Shown: positions 32,731 through 44,967 of the stretch, piece after piece | Layout of the letters: every line of letters begins with the position of its first letter | Numbering within the stretch: the first letter of the stretch is position 1 | From: Planctomycetota bacterium | GTDB taxonomy: Bacteria; Planctomycetota; Planctomycetia; Planctomycetales; Planctomycetaceae | Direction: 5' to 3' | Assembly: GCA_014584345.1 (NCBI GenBank) | Contig: JACTNB010000027.1 | Span: 5,785 to 69,784 of the forward strand | DNA: 64,000 nucleotides | Notes under the pieces: generated by a model | Database searches by the model: none | The model's input: only the letters and a program-made list of their open reading frames with translations | Told to the model about the DNA's origin: nothing | Translations under genes and position numbers: made by a program

Positions 32731-33594
32731 TCAGGAGTGGCCTTGCAACCGCTCCCGGGGCGTTGGCAGGTGATGGGGTTCGGTCAGGGGGGTATAGAAT
32801 TCCGGTCGGCGGTCGGCAAAGCGATCGATTTCATGCAGGTCCTTGCGGCGGATGATCCGCTTTTCCCGTGTCTGGGTGATATCAACGTCGGCCAGCAATA
32901 TTTTTTCCTCGGTGGGACTGGCGGAATCGAGCAGGGAGCCATCGGGCCCGCAGATGCAACTCCGCCCGATGAACGTCACGTCGTTTTCCGTTCCGATGCG
33001 ATTGATGGCTGCGTAGTAAATTTTGTTTTCCAAGGCCCGTGTCGATATGACCGCTGGAGCCATGCATTCCGCCCCCGGGGGCCAGTTTGTCGGGAGCGCG
33101 ATCATATCCGCTCCCCGCAACGCCAGGATGCGGGCCGCCTCCGGAAAGGCGGCATCGTAGCAGATATTCATTCCAATGGTTACGTCATTCACGGCATCGA
33201 CGGCAAAGGGGCGGTCTCCGTAGTCGGTAAAGCGATCCACGCCGACATAGGGGAGGTGGACTTTACGATACCAGCCCAACACTCCTGTTGGTCCCAGTAA
33301 TACGGCCGCGTTGAACAACCGTTCCGCGTCGCGTTCCAGTAACCCGACGATACAGCACACATTGAGTTCGTGGCAGGTTTCGATCAATTCCTGCTGCAGC
33401 GGACCATTCCGCGGTTCGGCGAACTGCATCCCCTGGAGGCGGGAATCGAAGCAGTAGCCGGTTAACGCGCATTCAGGAAAAATGATCAGCCGAGCACCCA
33501 GGGATGCTGCTTCGCGTAATTTTTCCCGGATGCGGGCCAGGTTGTGCCTGGGGGCTCCGAGTTGCACATCCATCTGCACACCAGCGATTTTCAT
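32731..33594 (-). CDS. carbon-nitrogen hydrolase family protein
   Basis: E-K-C triad: [26 protein letters not shown]; RRPEFY tail; start at MKIAGVQ. Confidence 0.93.
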   Translation of the reverse strand: MKIAGVQMDVQLGAPRHNLARIREKLREAASLGARLIIFPECALTGYCFDSRLQGMQFAEPRNGPLQQELIETCHELNVCCIVGLLERDAERLFNAAVLLGPTGVLGWYRKVHLPYVGVDRFTDYGDRPFAVDAVNDVTIGMNICYDAAFPEAARILALRGADMIALPTNWPPGAECMAPAVISTRALENKIYYAAINRIGTENDVTFIGRSCICGPDGSLLDSASPTEEKILLADVDITQTREKRIIRRKDLHEIDRFADRRPEFYTPLTEPHHLPTPRERLQGHS

Positions 33595-34093
33595 CTTCCG
33601 TTCCTCGACGGGTAGGCGGATCTGAAACAGGGGACTCCCCGCAGAGCCGTGACACGCAAAATGGAGTAAATCAACACGCCTTTCAAGCAAATGTTCGTAA
33701 AAAAAGGCCTGCCTGTCCGGCTGTGTTTTTCGTAGGGTACTCAGTGCGTACCATTTATGTGGTATCCACTCGGCAATAGAACCACAATGAATAGTGGCAG
33801 GTTACCTTTACACACTATTGTTGGCGAGCCAACGGAATGCCTAGCCGTGATAAACCAGCAGGGCAACTTTCTCGCCAGGACTTACGTCATTGTCTCCGGG
33901 AAAAAAACACAAAAGATCGCAGGCACGGGCCGGCGATCTTTTATACATTAAAACGAGAATCAGCTAAGGCAAATTTCCGAGGATTCGATCCAGGGCAAAT
34001 CTTGTTGCCCTCCCCAGTGTACTTCGCGAAGCCCACCTCAAGTCCGAAATTCGTCCGAGGGGGAGAGATTGCCAGTGGGGAATAGGGCGAACT

Positions 34094-34261
34094 TTATACT
34101 TCATCCAGATTGATGAAAGGGCTGATCCGTCGCGCCTTTTCCAGGATTTCCTGTTTTTCAGTCTGATTCTTGGCGGCAGCGTATTGCGCGCGAAACTTGC
34201 GCAATTTGACTTTTCTGGTTCTCTTACGGGCCAACTCGCGGTCGCGTTCAATCCGTGGCAT
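34094..34261 (-). CDS. small basic protein, 55 aa (resembles the planctomycete DUF6800-type family); absent from the ORF track
   Basis: [55 protein letters not shown] read directly from the minus strand. Confidence 0.75.
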   Translation of the reverse strand: MPRIERDRELARKRTRKVKLRKFRAQYAAAKNQTEKQEILEKARRISPFINLDEV

Positions 34262-34478
34262 AGCTGTTCAGAAATCTTTCAAGTAACAAAACAAGGCAGG
34301 GAGTATCTCACTTCTGGCGGGAAAAGGCCCTGCCAGGATTGTGCAGGATAATAGAATCCAGTCGGTTCGTCAAATCAGACTGCCTGCAGGCTGGAAATTC
34401 CTCTCCCCAAGCGTTCCCTCCCCCGTTACACTCCGAAAAACCAGCCAGCAGGCAAAAGGATTTGCTGAAAAGACAGGC

Positions 34479-35300
34479 ATGAAGTCTCCGTATCGTTCGA
34501 TTCCGACACCGTCTCCCATTCATCGATTGGGGGAGATATGCATCCAGCCGGTTGCAGCGCTCGGGGAATTTACGCTGTTTGCCTGGGAGACGCTGCGTTG
34601 GGCAGCCACTCGTTGGCCAAGGGCTGCCGTGTTGTGGCCCAATTTTTATCAGATCGGCGTGTTGAGTCTCCCCGTGATTATGGTGACGGGGGGCTTTATC
34701 GGCATGGTGCTCGCGATTCAAACCTACGACCAATTGCGCCTGATGCATATGGAATCGCATTTAGGGTCGGTGATCAATTTAACCCTGGTGAAGGAACTGG
34801 GGCCCGTGCTTGCCGCGACCATGCTGGCGGGACGCGTCGGGAGTGCCATTGCCGCTGAACTGGGCACGATGCGCGTGACCGAACAAATCGATGCCCTGGA
34901 AGCCCTGGGAGCCAACCCGGTGCAATATCTGGTGGTTCCCCGGTTCCTGGGTTGTGTCTTCCTGATTCCGATGCTGACCATCATTGCCGACACCGTGGGA
35001 ATGCTGTGCGGCTGGGCGTTTTCTACCACCGTGTTGAACATCAACAGCTATTATTACTGGTACCATACCTACCAGTACATCACGCTGTTCGATGTGTATT
35101 CGGGCATCGTAAAAAGCGTGTTTTTTGGGGCTGCCATCTCGCTGGTGGCCTGCCATCAGGGCTTCCGGGCGAAGGCGGGCGCGGAAGGCGTAGGGACCGC
35201 GGCCACGCAGACGTTCGTCTATTCCTTCGTGTTTATTTTATTTATCGACTTTCTGGCAGGTCTGCTGCTCTCGCGGATCTCCGAGTGGCTGTATGGTTGA
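34479..35300 (+). CDS. mlaE: MlaE-family ABC permease
   Basis: [53 protein letters not shown]. Confidence 0.94.
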   Translation: MKSPYRSIPTPSPIHRLGEICIQPVAALGEFTLFAWETLRWAATRWPRAAVLWPNFYQIGVLSLPVIMVTGGFIGMVLAIQTYDQLRLMHMESHLGSVINLTLVKELGPVLAATMLAGRVGSAIAAELGTMRVTEQIDALEALGANPVQYLVVPRFLGCVFLIPMLTIIADTVGMLCGWAFSTTVLNINSYYYWYHTYQYITLFDVYSGIVKSVFFGAAISLVACHQGFRAKAGAEGVGTAATQTFVYSFVFILFIDFLAGLLLSRISEWLYG

Positions 35301-35383
35301 ATAATTCCCGCGCGCGGTGCCGGGTGGCAAACTGCCGCCGCGGGAATAAACACCTTGGTGTCGTCGCGAATTGAGTCCGGATC

Positions 35384-36172
35384 ATGACTATTCTTGAACT
35401 GAAAAACGTGTCGCGGGATTTCAAGCAGACCCCCGTCCTGCGGAACATCAACTTGCGGGTGGAAGCCGGCGAGACGTTGGTGCTGATCGGCGAAAGCGGG
35501 TGCGGGAAAAGTGTTACGACTAAACTCCTGGCGGGCATGCTTTCGCCGACGCGGGGCGATGTCTATTGGAATGGAGTCAACATTTCCCAGCTTCCGGCGG
35601 AGGAATGGCGTCGGCAACGGCTCCGTTTTGGATATCTGTTTCAATCCGCGGCGTTGTTCGACAGCATGACCGTCCACGAAAACGTCGCCTTCGGGTTGCA
35701 TCAGAATACCGACCTGGCGGATCGCGAAATCCGTGAGATTGTGCAGCAGCGGTTGCTCGATGTGGGACTGGCGTTTGACGTAGCCAGAAAAAAACCGTCG
35801 GAACTTTCCGGAGGAATGCGGAAACGGGTTGGGCTGGCCCGGGCACTCGCTCTGGCACCGGAAATTATCGTGTACGACGAACCGACCACGGGCCTGGATC
35901 CCGTCATGAGCGATGTCATCAACGAACTGATCGTAACCATTCGCCAGCGTCGGCCCGTCACCAGTATTGTGGTGACGCATGATATGAATACGGTCCGCAA
36001 GGTCGCAGATCGTATTGTCATGTTGTACCCCCTGGCGCGACTCCCCCAGGGGGAATCGCAGATCCTGTTCGAGGGGACCGCCGCGGAGGCCTTCACGGCC
36101 GAAGACGAACGGGTCCATTCATTTGTACATGGGGATGCAACCCGACGTTTACAAGAATTGGCAGCGGCGTAA
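35384..36172 (+). CDS. mlaF: MlaF-family ABC ATP-binding protein
   Basis: [54 protein letters not shown]. Confidence 0.95.
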   Translation: MTILELKNVSRDFKQTPVLRNINLRVEAGETLVLIGESGCGKSVTTKLLAGMLSPTRGDVYWNGVNISQLPAEEWRRQRLRFGYLFQSAALFDSMTVHENVAFGLHQNTDLADREIREIVQQRLLDVGLAFDVARKKPSELSGGMRKRVGLARALALAPEIIVYDEPTTGLDPVMSDVINELIVTIRQRRPVTSIVVTHDMNTVRKVADRIVMLYPLARLPQGESQILFEGTAAEAFTAEDERVHSFVHGDATRRLQELAAA

Positions 36173-36232
36173 CAATACGCCCGCGCTCTCTTCTTCCGGG
36201 TCTTGCTGGCTGTTTTGATTAGTTATAACGTC

Positions 36233-37429
36233 ATGTCCGATAGACAATTACAATTTCGAGTCGGCGTGTTTGTCATTCTGGCCATAGCCGTGGGTGTCGG
36301 GCTGACGTTCCAATTCGGGAATTTGAATCGTTACCTGGAACCCCGTTACCTGGTCGGCATCGAATTCGACGACTTATCCGGGGTTCATCCCGGGACACCC
36401 GTGCGCCAGTCGGGCATTCCGATTGGTGAAGTCCGCGAGGTTTCCATCAACCGCGAAAAACGCAAGATCCTGGTCCTGGTCGAAATTCTCGAACGCTATC
36501 CCCTGGCCAAGGATGTCAAGCCTCAACTGGTTCAGACGCTCCTCGGGGAAGCGCACATCGATTTCTCGCTGGGAACCAGTAATGAATCCGTTGTGGAGGG
36601 GGATGTGCTCAAGGGAGTCATGCCGCAAGATCCCCTGTCCGCCGTGCAACGGTTGGAATCCCAGGTGCACGAAACGCTGGAAGTCTTCACGCAAACCAGC
36701 CAGGAATGGAAACAAGTGGGTCATAATCTGAATTCCCTGGTGATGACCAATCAGGGCTCTCTGGATACGATCATCGAACAAGCCGCAGTCGCTTTGCAGG
36801 GACTGACGGCCACTATGCACAAGGCCTCGCAAACGCTGGATCAGACCAACCAGTTCATTGCCGATCCGGAATTACAGTTGGCGGTCAAGGAGGCCATGAC
36901 CGCGCTCCCCCGGTTGATCCAGCAGACGGAACAGACCGTGGTGACCACGCGTGCCGCGGTGAATTCCCTGGGACAGACCATGGAAAATCTGCGGCAGGCC
37001 ACCGGGCCTTTCGCCCAGAATTCCAACCAACTGGCGGTCAAGCTGGAAACCAGTCTCGACCAATTGTCGCGTACGTTGGGGGAACTGGAAAAATTCAGCA
37101 CCCAATTGAACCGGGGCGATGGTTCCATTCAAAGATTGGCGCAGGATCCCCAACTCTATCGGAATCTGCAGCTTTCCTCGGCCTCGCTGGCGGCGCTGTT
37201 GTCGAATCTGGAGCCGATCATGCAGGACATGCGTGTCTTCAGCGACAAGGTGGCCCGTCATCCAGAACTGTTGGGGGTCAGCGGTTACATGAAGGGGAGT
37301 TCGGGCTTGAAGGAACTGTCCATCGAAGCGAATCGCGCCACTGCCCCGGCGGAATTGAATTCCCGTCCGGCGTTCCTGCCCGCCGCCGATGCCAACGGGC
37401 GTTCCCTCAACCTTCGAAACAAACGGTGA
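36233..37429 (+). CDS. mlaD: MCE/MlaD family protein with long helical extension
   Basis: FRVGVFV TM anchor, [21 protein letters not shown] motif, LLGEAHID, then a long coiled region. Confidence 0.88.
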   Translation: MSDRQLQFRVGVFVILAIAVGVGLTFQFGNLNRYLEPRYLVGIEFDDLSGVHPGTPVRQSGIPIGEVREVSINREKRKILVLVEILERYPLAKDVKPQLVQTLLGEAHIDFSLGTSNESVVEGDVLKGVMPQDPLSAVQRLESQVHETLEVFTQTSQEWKQVGHNLNSLVMTNQGSLDTIIEQAAVALQGLTATMHKASQTLDQTNQFIADPELQLAVKEAMTALPRLIQQTEQTVVTTRAAVNSLGQTMENLRQATGPFAQNSNQLAVKLETSLDQLSRTLGELEKFSTQLNRGDGSIQRLAQDPQLYRNLQLSSASLAALLSNLEPIMQDMRVFSDKVARHPELLGVSGYMKGSSGLKELSIEANRATAPAELNSRPAFLPAADANGRSLNLRNKR

Positions 37430-37605
37430 AGGACGCTCCGGAACCGGAGTGAACTGAACCCGGCTTATTTCACAGAGCAACGGCAGCCTTGTCCAGCGTC
37501 AGCCGAGGGGAGGCGATGCTTGATAATTCCACGGCTGGCGGCGGCTCGAAATCTTCGAGCCGCCGCTCTTTCCTGGTCATGTTAGCCCTGGCGGGAAAAT
37601 CCAGC

Positions 37606-40600
37606 TTAAACGTCGTTATCGACGATCGCCGTGAAGTCGATCCCCAGGTTGTAGTCCGTGGGGACCCCCAAGGATGAGAATTGATCGTAAATCAGTTCGA
37701 TGAAGTATTCCCCGGGCAACAAGCCGGACAACGTGATACTCTCGTTGTTCGTGCCGAAGTTCGAACTGTTTGCGATCAGGTTGAAGCTGGAGTTGTAAAC
37801 GCGGACATCCACGTTTCGCGACAAGCCGGAGAGGTTGATCTGTATCGATCCCCGGTTAGTGTCCGCCACCTGGAATTTGAAGTAATCGTAGCGGTCCCCG
37901 ATATTGCCGATGTTCCCATTGATGGTCTGGATAATCGGGAAGAGGGGAGACGCTTCGCCCAGGAAGTAGGCATCCGCGAACGAGTTGTTCGGCTCGAACG
38001 GGGTTGTGATGGTCACATTCACGGCCAGGCGATAGGGTGTGGTGACTCCAGCAAGCACGGTCTTGTGCATGATCACTTCGATCAGGTAATCCCCTTCGGG
38101 GAGTAACGCGAGCGAAATGTTTTCGTCCTGCAGCCCGGGATTCTTGGATTCACCGAGCATCGTTCCCATTACGCCACCGTTGAGATTGTACACTCGCAAC
38201 GCGACTTCCGCGGTCAATTGAGACAGATCAATCGTCGCAGAGGCTTCCAGTCCCGGATTGATGGTGAACTTGTAGTAATCAATCCGGTCGTTGTCTCGCG
38301 ACAAGGTGCCGAAGCGAACCACGTCGATTGGGGCGGCTCCCAGATCAATCGCCAAGGCGGGCGTATCGTTCGATTCCGGATCCTGGATTGGCAAAGCCAC
38401 CACTTGTACATCAAGAATGTACGTGGTCTGATTCCCCGCGGGAACCGAACCATTCATGAACACGCCAATTACGTAATCCCCGGAGGCCAGCCCGTTCTGC
38501 GCGATTTGTTCGTTCAAGGTGCCAAGGTTCAAGGAACTACCAATAATCTGCGAAGGGACTCCGTTAACCAACCGGGCGATCTGCAAATCGACATTCTGCG
38601 AGAGGCCCGACAGGTTCACCAGCATGTCCCCCGTTTGACCTTCCGCGATGGAAAAATGGTAGATATCGACAGGGTCTGTATCGACATTCACGGTTCCATA
38701 ACGCGTCGTCATGATCGGATTGAACTGGCTGGCGGTCCCCAGCAACACTGGTTCGTCCACCGTGTTGTTCGGCTCCGGATCGTTGAAGTTGTTCGCGACA
38801 ACATTGACTGCGATCTGGTATGTCGACTGCGTTCCACCAGCAACGGTTTTGTGCATCACCACTTCAATCGCGTAGTCGCCCGCCGCCAGCCCGGAGATGT
38901 TGATCAATTCATCTGCAAGGCCCGCATTCATCGAAGAACCAATTTGTTCTCCCAGGGTATTCCCGTTGATGCGGTACAGTCTCAAGGCGGTCTCCGCGGT
39001 TAAATCGGTCAAGTCGATCTGAGCCGTGGCGGTGTGATCGGCTGCGACCGTGAAGCGGAACAGGTCCACGCGGTCGGCGTTGCGATGCAGGAAGGACGCC
39101 AGCGTGGTATCGATCGGGTTCCCTTGCGAGGCTATGCCCAGGTCGGTCGCTTCCGGAACAAGGTTATCCGGTTCGCGATCGATTGGCACAATGCGAGCCA
39201 CGATGTCGACTTCCAGTTGATAGAACGTCGTGGTGTTGGCCCCTTCCGTCTTGTTCATTGCGACTTCAATAATGTAGTCGCCAGCCGCCAGATCGTTCAG
39301 CGTCAGCATTTCATCCTGAATGCCAGGCTTGGCGGAATTCCCCACCATGGTGCCCAGGGCATTGCCATTCAGTTGGTAAATTCGCAGAACCGCGTTCGCT
39401 GTCAGCTCCGAAAGTTTCGCTACCAGGTCGCCCGCGGAACCATCGGGAATGGTGAAGCGGTAGAAATCGATGCGATCGGTGTTGCGGTGCAACTGCCCGA
39501 ACCGCATGGTTTCCAGCGAGGCGACTCCCAGATCGATCGCTTCGGCGGGTGTGTTATTCGGTTCCACGTCGAGCGGCGAAGGCAGCACGGTGATGCTGTG
39601 CGAGACGGTCAGATCGGGGCTGCCGCCGAGCGTCGGATCATTGACATTCACGGTCACGTCGAGCACCGGGTTGGTGGTGGCATTCAACACCGAACCGGCC
39701 TTGATGAACAGTTCCGTACCGACAATCTCGAACAGAGAAGCATCCGCCCCGGAGACAGACAGGTCATTCGTTCCCAGCGCGTCGTCCGTCACCACGATGT
39801 CCGCCACCTTGCGCGACGTGGTCAAACGGATGATGTCCTGCACTTCGGTGACTGCATTCTGCAATACCACCGCGGTGGGCAGTTCATTCACGTCGGTCAG
39901 GTTGATCTGCACATCCCCCGTGGCCTGCAAGCCGCCGGCGTCGGTGACACGCAGGGTCAACGTATATACGGGAGTTACCTCGAAGTTGAGGAACTGAGGC
40001 CGAAAGACCGAAATCTCTCCTGTCAGCGGATTGATCTGGAAGGTATTGTTGGTGTTCCCCGCGATAATGGCCCAGGTATGCGTGTCGCCGGGGTCGTTAT
40101 CGGTCACGGTGGCGGTTCCCACCACGGATCCCAACGGGCTGTTCTCGGCAATGGAGAAGGGGCCGACCGCGTCCACCACGGGAAGTTCATTGATATTCTG
40201 CACATCGATGGTGACGGTCTGAGAATGGCTCAGCTTGGGCGTGCCAGAGTCGTCCACCCGGATGATCAGGTTGAATTGCGGACGTGTTTCGGTATCGAGC
40301 AGGGCATTGTTGGCGACGGTGATTTCTCCCGTGGCGGCGTTGATGGCGAATGTTCCGCCAATGTTGCCGCTGATGATGGAGAACGTCAGCGTCTGGCCAG
40401 CATCCACTTCAACCACGTTCACGGTGCCAACCGACGTGCCATTCACGCTGTGTTCGAACACATCCAGCACCTGCCCGACGGAAATCGTCGGCCGCTCGTT
40501 GACGTCCGTCAAGTTGACGGTGATCGTGGCGGTGGCAAACAAATCGGGGAAGGCCGGATCCCGCACTTGAATTGTCAGTTCGAAGCTGGGATTGGTCTCG

Positions 40601-42855
40601 AAATTGAGATTGGCATTGTTTAGGACCGTCAACACGCCGGTCGTGGCGTTGATCGCGAAGACACCTGCCTGGTTGCCATCGAGAATGCTGTAGTTGATGG
40701 AACTGTCGATGTCGTCACCGGGGGTGGCGGCCACGGTTCCCACTACGGTGCCGTTGGGCCGGTTTTCCTGAATGGTGAAGGTCTGGTCGAAGATTTGCGG
40801 CTCGGATTCCGCCACGTTTTCAAGTTGAACCCGGATGGTGGCGACATCGGAGGTTTCCGCATGGTTGCGATCCGTGGCCCTTACAATCAGGTCGAACGTG
40901 GGAGTGGTTTCGAAATCGAGGAAGATTTTCGGGTCAACTCCCGACAGATCTTCGTTGAACGGGCTGTTGTTGATCAGGTAGTCGTCGCTGATCGTATTGC
41001 TGACCGTCAGGTCGCCCGTCACGGGGTCGAGCGTGAAAATCCCCTGGAAGATCACGGTGTCGCCAATAGTCAGCGGCTGGCTAATCAGATTGCTGAACAG
41101 CAACTGGTTTTGCGCGGTGATCAGGATGGAGGCGTTGTTCCCATCAATGATCTGGTAGTCCAGCACGGCCGTCAGCACGTCGACATCCTGGGCCGCGATG
41201 GTCCCCACGAATGCCCCCGCTTCGCTGTTTTCCTGGAGCGTCAGCGTGGCGTCGTTGAGCGTGGTCGGCTCGTTAATGTCCACAATGTTGACCGTGTAGG
41301 TCGCGGTGGTCGCCAGATTGCCAGTGGAAGTGTCGGTCACTGTCACGGCCAGATTGAACGTGCGAATCTGTTCGAAATCGACATTCGAGGCGGTGTTCAC
41401 CCGGATTTCCGCGGAGTTCACATTTCCGGTGATCGGATCCACAATCGGGACAATCACAAAGGCGTTGCCGGGGTTGGTGGCGGGGTCGAGCGAGAAGGTG
41501 TAGGTGCCGACATCGTACGCGCCGGTGACCGAATTGTACTTGCCCCGGTCCCGCACGATGGTGTTGAGAGGCGTGATTCCATCATCGTCGTAGGGATCGG
41601 GATTGGCGATACCGAAGTCGGGACGAATGGTCCCCACCAGGGCACCGGCGATGTTGTTGTTGGGAGTGTTTTCCTGCAGGAAGAATTCCTCGTCCGGCAC
41701 AACGGGGGAGAATTCGCTGACATCGTTCATGCCAACCCAGACGCGGGTGACCAGGGAATTCAGCGTGGTGATATCCTGCGTGCCGATGAGATCGTTCACG
41801 TCACGGATGTCGGTCACCTGCACGTCGATGGGGACGTAGAAATCGTTCTGTAGTTGTCCCCAGACAATCTGAGGGAATTGGGAGTTCGGCCCGTAAACCC
41901 CGAACAGGCTGTCCTGCAGCGCCAGGTCGGTGAAGTGCCCGTAATTTGCTCCCGGGTTTTCGTAATCGAAGTATTCCCGCAGCAGTCGCTGGGCTTCCTG
42001 AGCGTTGGGATGAATGTTGGGGTTGATCGTGATGCGGCCCGTGTTCTGGTTGATCACGAAGACATCGACCATGCCGATGCCATTGTCGATCTGGGGCGTA
42101 TTGGTGATGCGGTAATTCTGGATCGGGTCGTTATCCTGGTCGGTCACGTACAGGTCGCCGACGGTCGCCCCCTGCTGGGGATTCTCGTTGATGTAAAACA
42201 CATTGGACCGATTCCGAACATCCTGGCTGGGGCTTTTGCTGCCATAAAAATCGACGGGGATATGCGGCGCATCGTTCCGGTCGCGAATATTGACCGTCAC
42301 GACAATGGTGTCACTTTCATTGTTGACCGGTGTCCGCGCCCGGACCGTCAACGAGTAGCTGCCAATCTGTTCCCGGTTGAAGTCCCCCCCCAGCATGGCA
42401 TTCGTGCCAAACAGGGTGCTGCCGGTGCCGGAGTTGAAGTCGTTGATGAAAACTTGACCGGTGCTGGAGTTGATGGAAAAGGGCAGGTTGCCGTCCCCGT
42501 CCTGGTTGTTGTTTCCTCCAGTAATTTCGTAAACGCGGGCATCGCCATCGGCGTCGGTCGCCTGAATCTGGAAGACTTGAGTACCGTTATAAACGCCATC
42601 GGCCGCCGTCGACGGGTTCAAATAGGAGTATTCATTGATGTTGACCGTGAAATTGTTCCCGCCATTGGTGGTGATAACGGGTGCGGCGAGCAGGATTTTG
42701 GCTTCGAGCGCTTCCAACCGGGGGGAGCCATTGGAATAACGGCGGCGGCGAAAGGTTCGATTTTCGCGGCGGCGCTGCTGAATTTTCGCCATGCGGGCAC
42801 AGTAGCGGGTGGTGAACAACTTGGCAAAGTAGGCGGAAAAGCCATTGAGCAGCAT
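37606..42855 (-). CDS. giant surface protein: planctomycete extracellular leader, about 8 cadherin-like domains and 5 PPC-like (EPNN/EPDN) repeats
   Basis: RLEALEAKILLA leader; repeated EN...G..VG, I..GN....F.I, LDFET and DVNE.P cadherin motifs; repeats DVEPNNT, DREPDNL, DPEPNNT, DPESNDT, PFEPNNS; start probably MLLNGF (ORF opens at 42942). Confidence 0.9.
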   Translation of the reverse strand: MLLNGFSAYFAKLFTTRYCARMAKIQQRRRENRTFRRRRYSNGSPRLEALEAKILLAAPVITTNGGNNFTVNINEYSYLNPSTAADGVYNGTQVFQIQATDADGDARVYEITGGNNNQDGDGNLPFSINSSTGQVFINDFNSGTGSTLFGTNAMLGGDFNREQIGSYSLTVRARTPVNNESDTIVVTVNIRDRNDAPHIPVDFYGSKSPSQDVRNRSNVFYINENPQQGATVGDLYVTDQDNDPIQNYRITNTPQIDNGIGMVDVFVINQNTGRITINPNIHPNAQEAQRLLREYFDYENPGANYGHFTDLALQDSLFGVYGPNSQFPQIVWGQLQNDFYVPIDVQVTDIRDVNDLIGTQDITTLNSLVTRVWVGMNDVSEFSPVVPDEEFFLQENTPNNNIAGALVGTIRPDFGIANPDPYDDDGITPLNTIVRDRGKYNSVTGAYDVGTYTFSLDPATNPGNAFVIVPIVDPITGNVNSAEIRVNTASNVDFEQIRTFNLAVTVTDTSTGNLATTATYTVNIVDINEPTTLNDATLTLQENSEAGAFVGTIAAQDVDVLTAVLDYQIIDGNNASILITAQNQLLFSNLISQPLTIGDTVIFQGIFTLDPVTGDLTVSNTISDDYLINNSPFNEDLSGVDPKIFLDFETTPTFDLIVRATDRNHAETSDVATIRVQLENVAESEPQIFDQTFTIQENRPNGTVVGTVAATPGDDIDSSINYSILDGNQAGVFAINATTGVLTVLNNANLNFETNPSFELTIQVRDPAFPDLFATATITVNLTDVNERPTISVGQVLDVFEHSVNGTSVGTVNVVEVDAGQTLTFSIISGNIGGTFAINAATGEITVANNALLDTETRPQFNLIIRVDDSGTPKLSHSQTVTIDVQNINELPVVDAVGPFSIAENSPLGSVVGTATVTDNDPGDTHTWAIIAGNTNNTFQINPLTGEISVFRPQFLNFEVTPVYTLTLRVTDAGGLQATGDVQINLTDVNELPTAVVLQNAVTEVQDIIRLTTSRKVADIVVTDDALGTNDLSVSGADASLFEIVGTELFIKAGSVLNATTNPVLDVTVNVNDPTLGGSPDLTVSHSITVLPSPLDVEPNNTPAEAIDLGVASLETMRFGQLHRNTDRIDFYRFTIPDGSAGDLVAKLSELTANAVLRIYQLNGNALGTMVGNSAKPGIQDEMLTLNDLAAGDYIIEVAMNKTEGANTTTFYQLEVDIVARIVPIDREPDNLVPEATDLGIASQGNPIDTTLASFLHRNADRVDLFRFTVAADHTATAQIDLTDLTAETALRLYRINGNTLGEQIGSSMNAGLADELINISGLAAGDYAIEVVMHKTVAGGTQSTYQIAVNVVANNFNDPEPNNTVDEPVLLGTASQFNPIMTTRYGTVNVDTDPVDIYHFSIAEGQTGDMLVNLSGLSQNVDLQIARLVNGVPSQIIGSSLNLGTLNEQIAQNGLASGDYVIGVFMNGSVPAGNQTTYILDVQVVALPIQDPESNDTPALAIDLGAAPIDVVRFGTLSRDNDRIDYYKFTINPGLEASATIDLSQLTAEVALRVYNLNGGVMGTMLGESKNPGLQDENISLALLPEGDYLIEVIMHKTVLAGVTTPYRLAVNVTITTPFEPNNSFADAYFLGEASPLFPIIQTINGNIGNIGDRYDYFKFQVADTNRGSIQINLSGLSRNVDVRVYNSSFNLIANSSNFGTNNESITLSGLLPGEYFIELIYDQFSSLGVPTDYNLGIDFTAIVDNDV

Positions 42856-43518
42856 GGTTGAAGCCTCGAAAATAGGAGTCCACAAGAATTTTTTTGACAC
42901 GCGGGCACGAGTCCCCGTCTGGTTCGCGCGGGTAGTGTACAAATTTCGGAAAGCAGGAATGTCCGTGGCCCGGCAATGAGAGCAGGAACGCTACGATTGT
43001 GTGTTTTTGGGGCTGTTTTCAGCAACGTCTTCGGTATCAGAATCATCCTGTGGGTAACCGAAGTCAACGGCTAATATTCAAAAAAACACAATTCTTTTCG
43101 TTCGCAACTGAGGAAAGTACGCATTGTAGTAAAACAAAAACGGTGATGTTGCCAGAAATCTACAAAATATACAAAAATCGATTCATTCCGGGCGTTTTTT
43201 TGCCGATAAGCCCGCTCGATCCGGCACGTAGGGGGAACGTGGCGGCCTGCTGTTTCCTGGTCGTTCTGTTACGATTCGGTACGGGATGATCTACGGGAAA
43301 ACCGCGTATCCGTAACGGAGGCGAAGCGAGGACATTTAGTTGTAGGACTGACGAAATCGTTTCCGATGTTCTTTTGTGCCGCATTTTTCATGGCCCCCAC
43401 GAGGAATCTGTTTTCCCGGGGTCAATCCTGTTAAGTTACGCCTTCTCCCGAGGGGAAGGTCCGAACAGTCCCCCCGATCGAGTCCGCACGCCTGGTCACG
43501 GCTGAATGGAATCGGCAT

Positions 43519-44967
43519 TTGAAGACGCATGTTTCCGTTGGAATTCAGGAATTGCTGGAACGCCGCGCCCCCCCGCGCGTGCATCTGGTCGGACTGCGCG
43601 GAACAGGGGTCCGGTCCCTGGCCGATTTTTTGCTGTGCCGGGGCTGGCGCGTCGGCGGGTCCGACGTCGCGTTCTCCGAGCGGGAACAGCAGGGTTACGC
43701 AGCGCGCGGTGTGGTGGTTCAGCGAGACCACTCTGCCCGGAATATCACCGCGGACCTGGATCTGGTCGTCTACAGCCTGGCCGTACCACCCGATAATCCC
43801 GAACGCCTACAAGCGGCAAGCCTGGGGATACGGACGGTTTCCTATGTCGAGTTTCTGGGGGAGTTGACCCGGCTGATGCCCACGCTGGGCGTGGCGGGGA
43901 CGCATGGCAAAACGACCACCTGTTGCCTGTTGAAACATGTCCTGCGGGAGGCCGGGCAGGGAGTCGAAGCCCTTTGTGGGGGGCGTTTGTTGCAGGACGA
44001 ACCGGGTGGGGCAAGTTCATCCGCGGGCTGGCTGATTGCCGAGTGTTGCGAATTTCGTCAGGCTTTTCTCGGCATGCATCCCCGTTTTGCTGCTCTGCTC
44101 GGCGTGGAACCCGATCATTTCGACTGTTATGCCGATACCGAGGCGCTGGTCGCCGCGTTCGGGGAATTTTGTGGCCAGTTGCCCTCGGAAGGAAAACTGG
44201 TGGTCAATGCCGACAGTCCTCTGGCAGTGCGAGCCGCTCGGGGAGCCGTCTGCCCGGTGGAGTATTTCAGCCTGCAGCCTGAGTCGTGCGTGGCCGCGGC
44301 CTTGTCGGCAATGTGGCGGGTCGACCGGATCCAAGCTGTCCCCACGGGCATGTCGTTTCGTTTACGTGGCCCCATGGGTGCATGGACGCCATTCCATGTT
44401 CCCCTCTTCGGGGCACATCAGGTGGCCAATACGGTGGCTGCGGTGGTGTTGTTGAAAACCATGGGGGTGGGCGACGCGGAGATTCAGGCTGGGTTGCGAA
44501 ATTTTCCGGGCGTGGAACGCCGTTTTCAAGGGTGGGGGAGTTATCGGGGGTGGAGTTTATGGGACGACTACGCGCATCATCCCTCGGAGATCGAGGCGAC
44601 GCTGGCCGCCGCACGTCTGAGATTTGGCGGGCACCCGTTGACCGTTGCCTTTCAGCCCCACCAGATACTACGGACGCGAAAATTACTACCGGACTTTGCC
44701 CGGTCACTGGCGGCAGCGGATCGGGTCCTGATTCTGCCAATTTTTGCCGCCAGGGAACACGTAGATGAACAGACGGTTCACGTCGCGCGGGAACTGGTGG
44801 ACCGTGGAAATTCCATATCGTCCGTATTTGAATTCTGTCCCACGCTTGACCATTTGCGGTCGATGCTCGACGATACGCAGTTTAATGGGCCTAAGGAACA
44901 ACAGCCTGTCTTTCTGACCCTGGGAGCAGGGGATATTGATCGGATTTTCAATGAATTGCCTCGATAA
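43519..44967 (+). CDS. murC: UDP-N-acetylmuramate--L-alanine ligase
   Basis: [55 protein letters not shown]; divergent first Gly loop. Confidence 0.9.
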   Translation: MKTHVSVGIQELLERRAPPRVHLVGLRGTGVRSLADFLLCRGWRVGGSDVAFSEREQQGYAARGVVVQRDHSARNITADLDLVVYSLAVPPDNPERLQAASLGIRTVSYVEFLGELTRLMPTLGVAGTHGKTTTCCLLKHVLREAGQGVEALCGGRLLQDEPGGASSSAGWLIAECCEFRQAFLGMHPRFAALLGVEPDHFDCYADTEALVAAFGEFCGQLPSEGKLVVNADSPLAVRAARGAVCPVEYFSLQPESCVAAALSAMWRVDRIQAVPTGMSFRLRGPMGAWTPFHVPLFGAHQVANTVAAVVLLKTMGVGDAEIQAGLRNFPGVERRFQGWGSYRGWSLWDDYAHHPSEIEATLAAARLRFGGHPLTVAFQPHQILRTRKLLPDFARSLAAADRVLILPIFAAREHVDEQTVHVARELVDRGNSISSVFEFCPTLDHLRSMLDDTQFNGPKEQQPVFLTLGAGDIDRIFNELPR

